A stretch of 63,555 nucleotides of DNA, counting the filler, from Reclinomonas americana ATCC 50394 (Eukaryota), in the NCBI GenBank assembly GCA_048213135.1. It is 8 parts of 5 records of this genome, joined end to end, with 100 filler letters (N's around TTAATTAATTAA, not from the genome) between each part and the next. Parts side by side here need not be neighbours in the genome. Positions count along the whole stretch, not along the records: positions 36,341 to 42,246 come from PS015248.1; positions 42,347 to 47,532 come from PS015248.1; positions 47,633 to 56,304 come from PS015249.1; 5 more parts are not named here. One strand, given 5' to 3'. How positions within the stretch are numbered: position 1 is the stretch's first letter; each line of letters opens with the position of its first letter. Shown here piece after piece: positions 41,702 to 52,593 of this stretch. The notes below the pieces were generated by a model that was not told the DNA's origin, ran no database searches, and saw nothing but the letters and a program-made list of their open reading frames with translations. Made by a program: the position numbers and the translations under genes.

Positions 41702-41936
41702 TGCGCGGGATTGTGGGGGGCGGTGGCGGCAGCCGGCTTGTGCTCGCGGGGATATTCACGCTGGTGGTGACGGTGACGGTGTTGGTGTTTGTGATGGTGC
41801 CTTCGCCGGCTTCTTCGCAGCAGAGGAGAGTGAGTGATGAGGCGGAGCAGGTGTTTGCTGCGTCTGTGAGTGATGAGGATGTGGAGAGGGAGGAGATGGA
41901 GCGCGTGAGGAGGAGAGGCGCGCGGGAGGGGTCGAG
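41702..41936 (+). CDS. First exon of a hypothetical signal-anchor/secreted protein
   Basis: MRGIVGGGGGSRLVLAGIFTLVVTVTVLVFVMVPSPASS hydrophobic N-terminus, followed by a GTGAGT donor. Confidence 0.45.
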
Positions 41937-42347
41937 GTGAGTGTGTGTGTGGAGAGAGAGAGAGAGAGAGAGCGAGTGTGTGTGTGTGTTTGCATGATGT
42001 GAGTTGGGGAGATTGGAAGCTTGAATCTCTGCTGTGAGTGACGCGCTTCTGCTCTATTTCTCTGTTTCTCTCTCTTCTCTCTCTCTCTCTCACGCGCGCA
42101 CATAGCGTGAGGCACGCTCTGCGGCACACTGAGAGTGTATGTACAGGTTGGGTTTAGGCGTCGCTGGGTGCATGCATTTGATGTGTCTGCCGACTCTCCG
42201 TGTTTCTCCGACCCCCGGACTCTTTCTCACTCTCATTGCTCTCTCTNNNNNNNNNNNNNNNNNNNNNNNNNNNNNNNNNNNNNNNNNNNNTTAATTAATT
42301 AANNNNNNNNNNNNNNNNNNNNNNNNNNNNNNNNNNNNNNNNNNNNC

Positions 42348-43502
42348 CGACCAAGGCCTCACCGCTGTCGCCGAGTGCACCCACGGTGATGATGCCGTTG
42401 GGTTGCCCGGCCACGCCGGCCGACTACGCACACCAAGGTGTGTACAAGCCATCGCCGGCGCTGGCCGTGGTGGCTGCCGACCGCAGCATTGGACCGTCGG
42501 ACGGCGGCACCAACACTCTGTCGGCGTCGGCGCCGGTGGAGCCGGCCGATGTGTCGGAGCGCACCGATTCGTTTGCGTTGCCGGCGGAGGCCCGCGACCG
42601 CCGCATGTCGGGCACCGGTACCACCACTCACCTGCTGACGACGTCGGCGGCGGCTTCGTCCACACAGACGATGCCGGGCTCCAGCTTGTCGGTGTCGCTG
42701 GCGTTTGGCTCGTCGCCCGCGGATTCGGCCTTCTCGTCGCCCGTAATGACTGCCGTGCAGGCGGCGGAGCTGGTGGCGGCGGCGCCCGCCACTGCCGCAC
42801 AAATGGCCGAGTCGGTGCTGCAAAAACTGCAGCGTCTGCTCCCGAAGGCCTTCCGACCTGTTGCGTCTTGATTTGTTTTCTTGCTCTCGCAGGGAGAGAA
42901 TGACTCACCGTCTCTCGACGCAGTCAATGGCGCTGACGACGCACAACCTGATGGTGCACAAGTTGAGATGTAGTGCGCCTGGGTGGACTGACGGAGGAGC
43001 CGACGAGGCAGAGGGTAGTGCACAACAACAACAACCACCACAACAACAGCAGCAGCCACAAAGAAGGCCAGGTGCTGGACCGTCGGGAATCGTGGTTGAC
43101 GGAGAGAGACCACCACCACCACAACAGCAGCAGCAGCAGCAACGTCGCCCCGGTGCCGCGGCGGCTGCCGCCAGTGCGGCGGCCATTATGGGTTCAGCTG
43201 ATCCGCGCGTCGACGCCAATATGCGAGCGGCGCGCCAGTCGACCCTGCGTGCCCTGTGGCAGGAGTTGGTGTCACGCGTGACAATGTGGATGAATGACTG
43301 CGTCGCGGTGACGAATCAATATGGAGTGGGACCTGTGCCGGCGGTGCCGTCGGACGAAATGATTCAAATGTGGTGGGAGGCCGCCGACCAGGACCAAGAC
43401 TCGTCGGTGACGCTGTCGGTGGTCAGCAGCATCGGCGCACCACCACCGTCAGCACCAGCAGCAGCGACACGAGCGTCGGCGGCTGCGTGTGCGGCAAGAT
43501 AG
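42348..43502 (+). CDS. Hypothetical Ala/Gln/Pro-rich protein (two long frames, unknown family)
   Basis: ORFs 42386-42871 and 42861-43502 show coding-like GC bias; ordered segment RQSTLRALWQELVSRVTMWMNDC...PSDEMIQMWWEAA. Confidence 0.4.
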
Positions 43503-45149
43503 CGTGGCGTGTGATTGTGTGTGTAGTTAGTGTTGCGAAAAAAGAGAGAGTGTGTGTGAGAGAGTTGTGTTGCTTGTTGTTTTTGCTCTTGTGTTTAAGA
43601 TTAACATCTGTACGAGTGGGTGGACGGAAAAGAGATCTCTCAGCGGTGCGGAAATGAAGGTCACGGCGAGATGATATGGATGAGGGAAGCGAGAGGAGGG
43701 GAAGGGGTGGCGGAGATCAAGAGGGACAGCAGCAGTAGGAGCGGGAAGAGAGGAAGGCGGATGGGGAAGTGAGGATTAAGAGCACAGAAGCACAAATGAC
43801 AACAAGTAAAGTCGAGAGCGGAGATGCGAAGAGCATTCGGAACGGCGAAGACAAATGAACCACCACCAAAGCGGGTCGCAGAAGCCGAGTCGAGCGCAGA
43901 AGCGAAGAACACTGGATAATGTTGAGAAGCAAGAGTTGACGATGATTACTGCAGCCATGGCACAACAAAGCCGGTTGCTAAAGTCGAGGGCGGAGAAGCG
44001 AAGAACGCTTGGTTGGAATCGTCGACGGCGAAGAGCCATGGTACAACGAAGAGGGTCGCATGAGACATACAAGAACCGCAGCACCGACGACGTGGAGAGC
44101 AGAGAAGCACAACGNNNNNNNNNNNNNNNNNNNNNNNNNNNNNNNNNNNNNNNNNNNNNNNNNNNNNNNNNNNNNNNNNNNNNNNNNNNNNNNNNNNNNN
44201 NNNNNNNNNNNNNNNNNNNNNNNNNNNNNNNNNNNNNNNNNNNNNNNNNNNNNNNNNNNNNNNNNNNNNNNNNNNNNNNNNNNNNNNNNNNNNNNNNNNN
44301 NNNNNNNNNNNNNNNNNNNNNNNNNNNNNNNNNNNNNNNNNNNNNNNNNNNNNNNNNNNNNNNNNNNNNNNNNNNNNNNNNNNNNNNNNNNNNNNNNNNN
44401 NNNNNNNNNNNNNNNNNNNNNNNNNNNNNNNNNNNNNNNNNNNNNNNNNNNNNNNNNNNNNNNNNNNNNNNNNNNNNNNNNNNNNNNNNNNNNNNNNNNN
44501 NNNNNNNNNNNNNNNNNNNNNNNNNNNNNNNNNNNNNNNNNNNNNNNNNNNNNNNNNNNNNNNNNNNNNNNNNNNNNNNNNNNNNNNNNNNNNNNNNNNN
44601 NNNNNNNNNNNNNNNNNNNNNNNNNNNNNNNNNNNNNNNNNNNNNNNNNNNNNNNNNNNNNNNNNNNNNNNNNNNNNNNNNNNNNNNNNNNNNNNNNNNN
44701 NNNNNNNCAACAACAACAACTGCGCCCACCACCAGCCACCACCGATATGAGCCTCACCAACAACGTTAACATGACAAGCTCTCTTGTGTTTCAACCACGC
44801 CACACCACCACTGTTTTTGCTTTGCCTGCTTCACGGATCCGGACCCGGCTTTGCTTTGTTTGCCTGGCTTATGGCCTTTCCCCGAATTCGATGTGCCATG
44901 TACGATCGCAGAAAACGCTATGCGTCTATGCAAGTGCGTCAAATCCACTGGTCAACCATGCTTATGCGGTGAAGATCGCAGTTCTCGACTTGTTCGGAGC
45001 TCCGAGAGCGAACACACACACACAAGGAACCTGCTGCTGCCTCAAGATTGGTGTCTGTGTTGATGTTTTGGATACGGTTGAACTTGGTCATCAAGACAGC
45101 TGTTGCTTGTTTGTTGGTGAATGAATTGTTGTTGTTAAGCTTGTCGTGC

Positions 45150-47160
45150 AAAAGCGAGAGATGCACTGGCGGACGTTGCGCACGCCGAGNNNNNNNNNNN
45201 NNNNNNNNNACGACGGAGGCCAGTCGACACCAAGGCCGATGCCGTGCCAATCGAGGTCACAGGGAGCACCATGGTACCACCAGCTCAACCGTGGCCTGAT
45301 CGCCGACCTTCTGCTTGATGGCGTTGACCAATGAGTCGTACTTGGGCCTTCTTGCCGTTGACAGCAGACTTGACCGAGTCGTCGTTGGCGAAGGGGCACG
45401 TCAACTCCACCACCTGGACCGAGCAGATCTCACCAGCTGCAGTACTAGTCCTCTCTCTGGTATGAACCAGCTGCAGGGTGAGGTCCGGCTTGAGCCTGGC
45501 CAAGTTGGCGTGGTTGGTAAAGTCCACCGCCGCGGGCAGCAAGTCGACGTCGACACACTCGCGCACCAGCTGGCACGCCACACCGTCCACCTTGCAATTG
45601 GGGCGCTGCACCAGAGCCGCTTGAAGGACGTAAAGCACGTTGTCGTGGCGCGTCGTCCACAAGCCCTTCAGCTTTTCACAGCCGTTGAGCAGGTGGCCGA
45701 GCGACTCCGACTCCTTGCCACAGAGTGGGCACAGCGAGGCAGGGCCACCAGGGTTGCCGCTGAAGACCGTCGTCTTGTAAAACAAAACACTTCATTCACC
45801 ACATTCCAATAATGCGACAAATGTCCACAAATCCCTTGCCGACGATGACCATTGGTGTTGAGCATGACGGAGTTGGTCCGCATCTTGCACAGGAAACGCT
45901 GCTCCTTCTCGGTGATGCTGTTGCCCTGAGCCACCACGTCATGGGTTCCAGCAGCAGCCTTCTGCAGAAAGTCGACAAAGGCACCACACTTCTGCAAGGC
46001 CTTCCAGCTCACAATGCGGCGCTTGGAGTAGAAGTGTGACATGGCAGGCAAAAAGCGAGAGGCAAAGGGAAACACAACACCACCGTCAGCCAGCCGTCCG
46101 ACCACCAACGGAGGTTGACCAGCAGCAGCAGCCGGATGCACCTCCACACTGACACCCAACTTCAGAGCGTGCCCGAGAGCGACACCCATCAGATTGGAGC
46201 GAACAGCGCGGCGAGGAGCATTCGGATCAGTGGCCACTTGAAATCGAGTACCTGCACCAGGAGCAACCGCAGCAGCACCAGCCGGAGGAGCAACAGGAGA
46301 CAGCAACACAGAGAAATACCGCTGAGGTGTGGCAACTGGCAGCTGTTGGCAATTGACGTCTGTGACCTCGTTCGTCTGTGCCGGTACTTGGCCACCAAAC
46401 CAGCAGTCGGCAACGGCGAGAAGTCGTCAACACGACCACCGGCCGCCTTCACCGAGCAGTGGAGCATGTGCTCCGCCACACGGCGAGTCAGCGGACGGCG
46501 GTGTGTCAACAGCTTCACCGCCGAGTTGATCAACAGAGAGGCCGCTCGCTCCACCACAGAGTACAGGCCGAGACCACCTTTCGACAGCGGAGTGTAGAGG
46601 AAGGGTGTGCCGGAGTCGTTGCCGAGGCCAAGGCAGAGTCGGATGTTGTCGCGGATCTTGCAGTCGATTGTGGCGAGCACTTCTGGCTGATCATGAAGCT
46701 CCACGTGCACGGCCGAAATGACAAAGGTGGCCTTGGGGAGGACGAAGCGGCGAACGGCATCCACCTTCTGGAGCGGCAACAGCGACGACTGCTTGATGGC
46801 CTTGATCGGAGTGAAGAGCTGCTTCTCCAGCATCTCCGTCACTTGCTTCTTCGCCTCACTTGTACGAGTCGGTGAGTAGAACGGGTAGCCAAGCCAACGA
46901 TCGCACTCAGTGACAGATGACATGGATCGCAATGCAATGCCAGCCATCAGCAGCTCGGGATCGAACTCCTCCGCCACAAAGTTCTGCGCCTGCATTGGAC
47001 CAGTCGGCTTGTTCCGAGCACGCAGAGCCAACACCAATGACTTCTGCGTGCGGGGTTGTCGGCGATGCCAGACCACTCGGCCAAACGCTTGGACAGATCC
47101 AGGACCAGCTGCGCCTCACGAACGGAAGACACCATATCGGCAAAGGCAGAAACACACACA
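45150..47160 (-). mobile_element. 5'-truncated, frameshifted non-LTR retrotransposon of the restriction-like endonuclease (R2/R4/NeSL-type) group
   Basis: RT C-terminal motifs (AFADM..EAQLVLD..WSGIADNPA, RWLGYPF, SSLLPLQKVDAVRRFVLPK, FLYTPLSKGGLGL), FLCKMRTNSV, CCHC knuckle CPLCGKESESLGHLLNGC, WTTRHDNVL, and PD-(D/E)xK nuclease LKPDL...VVELTCPF...KKAKY; at least three frame changes. Confidence 0.92.
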
Positions 47161-47704
47161 CACACGAATGTCAGAAGCGCAGAGAGCAACCAGCACGAAG
47201 GGCACATGTCCACAGAGAAAAAATGCGCGCGAATGCGCATGTTGCATGCTTGGAGTCGCGTGTGACAAGCGGAAAATGATTGCGAGTGTGTGCGAGCAGC
47301 GCTCCCCGACGAAAATGACCCGGCGACGGATGTGTTGAACACTCAACAGATGAGATGAGATGTTGACTGCCACACCATGAGTCGACTTCGACCACAAACT
47401 TGGGGTACAGCAGCACCCCAGCTGCCGGAGCCGGGAAGCACCCCGTCCTTCCTTTCTTAGTCTACTGTACCCCGTACCCGGTGGACAAAAAAGGACTGCA
47501 CCCCAGCACCCCAAGTTCCTTGCATCCCCCCCNNNNNNNNNNNNNNNNNNNNNNNNNNNNNNNNNNNNNNNNNNNNTTAATTAATTAANNNNNNNNNNNN
47601 NNNNNNNNNNNNNNNNNNNNNNNNNNNNNNNNAAAAGCACAAACACGAGTGAGCAAACCCTTCTCACACACACACACTCGCGCCATTTCCCCACCACACA
47701 AACC

Positions 47705-48185
47705 ATCTTGCAACGCAATTGTGCGGTCTTCTTGGTTGATGGCGTACAACGTGCCCTCGTAGCTGATGCACGCATGATGATGGTGTGAGCAGACAACACA
47801 CACACACACACAAAGAAGAAAAAAGCGCGCCATGAAGGACATGTCTTCGGTTTGCCCCTCTCTCTCTCACGCGCAACACACGCACTGACAGAGAGACGCA
47901 CACTCACTTGCACACACGCGCAAAGAGAAAACACAGACGCGCAGACACAAATGACCACAAAAGTCGCAATTTGAACCTGTCTCTCGTACTCTTGCACTCT
48001 CTCACTCTCTCACACACACACTCTGTTCCCTCAGAGTGCACTCACCGAATGCCACGATTGGAGATCAGTCGGATCGCCGACCTGCAAACACACACAAACA
48101 GACACAAAAGTGTCAACACCCTCTTTCACTCTCTCTCTCTCTCACGCACGCACGCACGCACGCACCCGACATAAGGGATACTCAT
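47705..48185 (-). CDS. LSM14: LSM14/Scd6-family protein, N-terminal Lsm domain (3' part lost at contig linker)
   Basis: Three small exons splice to MSIPYVG/SAIRLISNRGIR/YEGTLYAINQEDRTIALQD, the conserved Lsm14 N-terminus. Confidence 0.85.
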
Positions 48186-48308
48186 TGCACTTGTGTGTGT
48201 GTGTGTGTGTGAGCGTGTGAGTGTTCGCGGACAATGCAACACCAGCGAGTACTGTCCGCCGCTGGACCTGGGACGATCATCACATTCACGCGTAAAGCGA
48301 GAGAAGTA

Positions 48309-51136
48309 ATGGGCCAAGACTTTTCCAACCCGCTGCGGTCTGTGCCCGCTTCCCATACTCCACCTCTCACACAACACTCACTCACACACACACACACACA
48401 CTCAGTGATCGCCTGTTCACTCGGGACTTGTCTCCGAGTGGTGATCTTCTGCTTGCGCGCGCGGGTCACTGTGCGGTGGCGCTTCAGCGGAGTGCCAGTC
48501 GACCGCCGGGGCATGTGTTTGTGTATGGTGGGCGTGTGGACGAGGAGGGAGGGTTTCGCGGAGATGCGGTCGTGTTGGACACAGGTATGCTTGCGATATA
48601 TCTGGCGGTGGATTGCAATTGTAGAAAAGCGGACGGGGGGATGAAGGCGAGGGAGGGAGTCAGAGGAAGAGAGGCAGGTCTTGTGCGCACATGGGAGCTC
48701 TTTCGGAGGGGGATGAGACATTGACAGTAGAAGAGCTTCCGATGCATTGCGGAGAGGTGAAAGCGAGGGGGAGATCAGCGAGTCGACCAAAGCAGTGTTT
48801 GCAAGAGCGATAACACAAAGAGACACCTTCAGCAGTGATCTTAAGACAACTATCGCAGTGAGAATCAGCGCGACAGAGAGATTTGCATCAGTGATTACAA
48901 GAGCGATCGCCACAGCGAGACAATCACTTGTGAGACGCGTTCAGCAGCGATCGTGGGCAGAGATAACCACGACAGAGAGACGACCGCAAGTGAGATCGCA
49001 ACAGAGAGGAATCCACTTCACAGATATTGTGCGCTGCATTCCTCAGCAATCGCCATCGCACTTCTAATGACAGTCCACTCCTTCCCCTTCCCTCTTTCTC
49101 GCCCACTCCTTTCCCCCTTCCCCTCTCTCACCCTCTCCTTTCCCCCTTCCCTCCCTCCTCCCCCCTTCCTGCAGTCCGCAACGTGAGCACCCCTGTGCGC
49201 CTCATCTCCACCACCAGTCATGGCGACCCAATGGCGGGCTGGCTGCCGGCACCGCGAGCGCGTGCGGCCATGGTGGCACTCGGCGACGGCCGGCTCTTCG
49301 TGTTTGGCGGACACATCCTGGCGCCGGCGGCGCACGGCGCGTGTCGTGCTGGCATGTTCTCGGCCGAGGCGTTCTTTTTGACGCACAGGCCACGCGACGA
49401 TGACGATGAAGAGGAGGGAGAGGACGATGCCGCAGAGGTGTGGGAGGTGACACCGGTGCGGCTGCGCGGCGACCTGCCGACTGGACGGTGTGGGCACACG
49501 CTGACGCGCGTCATGGATGGCGACACGAGCGCGGGGGAACCGGCGTCGACAGAAGTTGCCGGAGAATCACTTGTGCTGGTCGGCGGCTACTCAACGCAGG
49601 GCTTCTGCGACGATGCGTACATTGTCGACCCGCTGGCCGGCACCGTCAAGAGGTTATCGAACGACCTGGCCGACGTGTATGGACTCGATCGGCCAAGACC
49701 ACGCTGCGGGCATGGTGAGTGTGCACAGAAAACAGAGAGATGAAGATGCAGCATGCTGACCTCTTCCTTCTCCGGCAGTGGCATGGATGGCATCGCGGCA
49801 ACACTTGCTGCTGTGGGGTGGAATTCAGTCAAAGGAACCGTGGGGCGCCGAGGTTCGTATTTTTCTCCTTCTTGTAGCACGTCATCCACCTGCCAATCCT
49901 TGCTTCACATACACAGTTGTGGGCGCTGAATGTGATCACCGGCCAATGGCGTCGTATGCAGAGCGACGCCCAATGCCCGATCGAGGCACTGGCATATGCC
50001 ACCGTGGCCGAAATCGGCGACCGCCAAGTGGTGCTTGTCGGCGGCAAGTGGCTGGATGGTCGCGTGAACGACAAGTGCCTGGTGTTTGACATGAGTTGCG
50101 CTCAAATCACATCGCGATATCCTCCGCGAAACAATGCACTCACTCTCCACTCACCGGCAGAAACAATGGCGTGGCGCCGGCTGTCCATGTCACCGTGCCG
50201 AGATGCCTGTGGCGTGCTGCCGCCGGCATTCTCCGCCACCCTCGTGTCCACGCGTCCCGGTCGCTGTGTGATGATTGGAGGCACCAGCAGCAGCGTGTTC
50301 TGGGAGCTGCGCACCGAGGAACTCACCGAGAACGAAGTTCGCCTGCTGCACGAGAAGGCCATGCAGGCGCTGGCCACTGGCTTCAACGAGTGCCACTCGG
50401 CGAGCGACGACTCGATTGTCACCATCACCTTCAATGCCGCCGAGTACTGCGTCGACACGACGGAGACCGAGTGGCGCAGTCGATTGCGCCTCGCGTGTCG
50501 CACCCCCACTGAACACGAACCAAGTGGTTAGTGTCACCGTGCTTCACCTCCTCCCTCTCGTCGTCTTGAGGAGATCCCTGACACCCTCTCGCGCGCACAG
50601 CCGTCAGCTGCGCCAGTTTCGATCGGCACGGCCAGAATGTCGTGTGCACTGTGCGACCGGCGCCGCCAGATGGCCTCCATGCATATCGCCTGGAGGTTCT
50701 GCTGTCACCATCGTCAACATCATCCTTCACGGCCTCCAGCACCTGCAGTTTGGATTGGCCAGCTGCCGAGGACTGCGTTCCGGCACAAACCGATTGCGGT
50801 GAACACGCTGAAGTGGACGACGTGTCGGCCCACCCCGAGGACCATCTGCTCGGTGGCGACGATGATGATGTGGATGATGATGATGATGCCGCCTCTGTCT
50901 CCCAGTCCAGCACCGTGTACGGCTCCGAGGCACCACCACGCAGTGTGCTGTTCCACGGCGAGCTGGCACCGAAAGACGATCCACGACAGTGGCTGCGTGG
51001 CGAGTGGCGCTACTTTGCCATTCACTCCCTCGCCGATCGACGTATCACCGAGGTGCCGGCCACCAAGGCCAGCGCCCTCTTTGCTGCTGTTGCGAGTCAG
51101 CAGCACCGATCCGCCACGCCACACGTAGCCGTGTGA
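48309..51136 (+). CDS. Kelch-repeat protein, possibly N-myristoylated
   Basis: Kelch GG motifs VFVYGGR, LFVFGGH, PTGRCGHTL, LVLVGGY, PRPRCGH, LLLWGG, VVLVGGK, VMIGGT; proposed start MGQDFS fits MGxxxS. Confidence 0.78.
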
Positions 51137-51246
51137 GCATCCGCGCGTGATCAACCCCAAGTTTTGAGATTGCAATCTTCTTCACTCTGCGACGACGATA
51201 TACCTACTAATACACAATGAAAAGAGAACACACAACAGCATCATCA

Positions 51247-51971
51247 TCACACCAGGCGTCCTGGCCAGTCAAAGTAGAGTCCACCGTCGGCTGTTGAGGG
51301 GCACGGTCAGTGGCACACACAACAGTGACAAGCTAACTGCTGGCGGGATACGCAACAAGGTCCGAGGAACGACGTGAGAACGAGAATGGTGTCGATCATG
51401 GACCACACGCCGAGGCCGCCAATGGTGAACAGCTTGAGGAATCCGAGTCCAATGTATCCCAAGTAGAAGCGATCGCCACCAAAGCCGCCCAGAAAGAGGC
51501 TGTAGAAGATGGTGTTGACCCATGACTTGTCGGAGACGTAGGTGCACACCATTTTGCGGTCGTATGTGCGCGATCCTGCGCGTACACACAAAGAGAGACT
51601 GAGTCAGGGAGGCAGAGGCTTGTGGGAGAAGGAGGAAACGAACCCAAGCACAGTCGATCGTTCAGTGTTGTGCACTCGGCAATGCCAATGTCCATGCCGG
51701 CCTTGCAGGTGGGTTGTGAGTTGGAGCAGCTGGCGGTGCCGGAGCCCAGTTGCCAGCAGTAGAAGCAGTCGTAGGGGCGGGTGAAGGAGCGGGGGCCCTG
51801 TGGGAAGGAAGAAGGTGGCTTGAGGAAGGGGATTGAGGAATGGGAGAGAGAGGAAAGGGAGAGAGGAAAGGGAGAGAGGAAAGGGAGGGAGAGAGAGAGA
51901 GAGAGAAGGGAGGAGAGAGAGAGAGAGAGAAGGAGGAGAGAGAGAGAGAGAGGAGGAGAGAGAGAGAAGGA

Positions 51972-52012
<41 letters not shown>

Positions 52013-52357
52013 NNNNNNNNNNNNNNNNNNNNNNNNNNNNNNNNNNNNNNNNNNNNNNNNNNNNNNNNNNNNNNNNNNNNNNNNNNNNNNNNNNNNNNNN
52101 NNNNNNNNNNNNNNNNNNNNNNNNNNNNNNNNNNNNNNNNNNNNNNNNNNNNNNNNNNNNNNNNNNNNNNNNNNNNNNNNNNNNNNNNNNNNNNNNNNNN
52201 NNNNNNNNNNNNNNNNNNNNNNNNNNNNNNNNNNNNNNNNNNNNNNNNNNNNNGGCATCCAGCTGGCACGTCATCTGATCCACAGGCAGCTCGTTGCATG
52301 GGCGCAGTGGTGGCTTCTGCATGCGTGTTTCAGTGAGTGTGTGCACAAATACTCTGC

Positions 52358-52394
<37 letters not shown>

Positions 52395-52487
52395 AGAGTG
52401 CGTGACACACACCGCTGCCCAGGCACACACGCCAGCAAACAGAAGCGCGCAGGTGAGCCACAACAGCGGCCGCGGTCTTCTCAGCAT
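51247..52487 (-). CDS. TM2D3: TM2-domain protein, TM2D3/almondex-like
   Basis: Signal peptide, Cys-rich ectodomain CFYCWQL, TM2 domain [50 protein letters not shown], terminal LGP/SDGGLYF. Confidence 0.85.
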
Positions 52488-52593
52488 TTTGTGATTGATT
52501 TCCTTGCCTAAATTTTCATCACGGTTTCATTGTGTTGTTGTTTTTTTCTCTCTTGTCAACCAGGCAGCCACATACGCTCATTCTCATTGCCGA

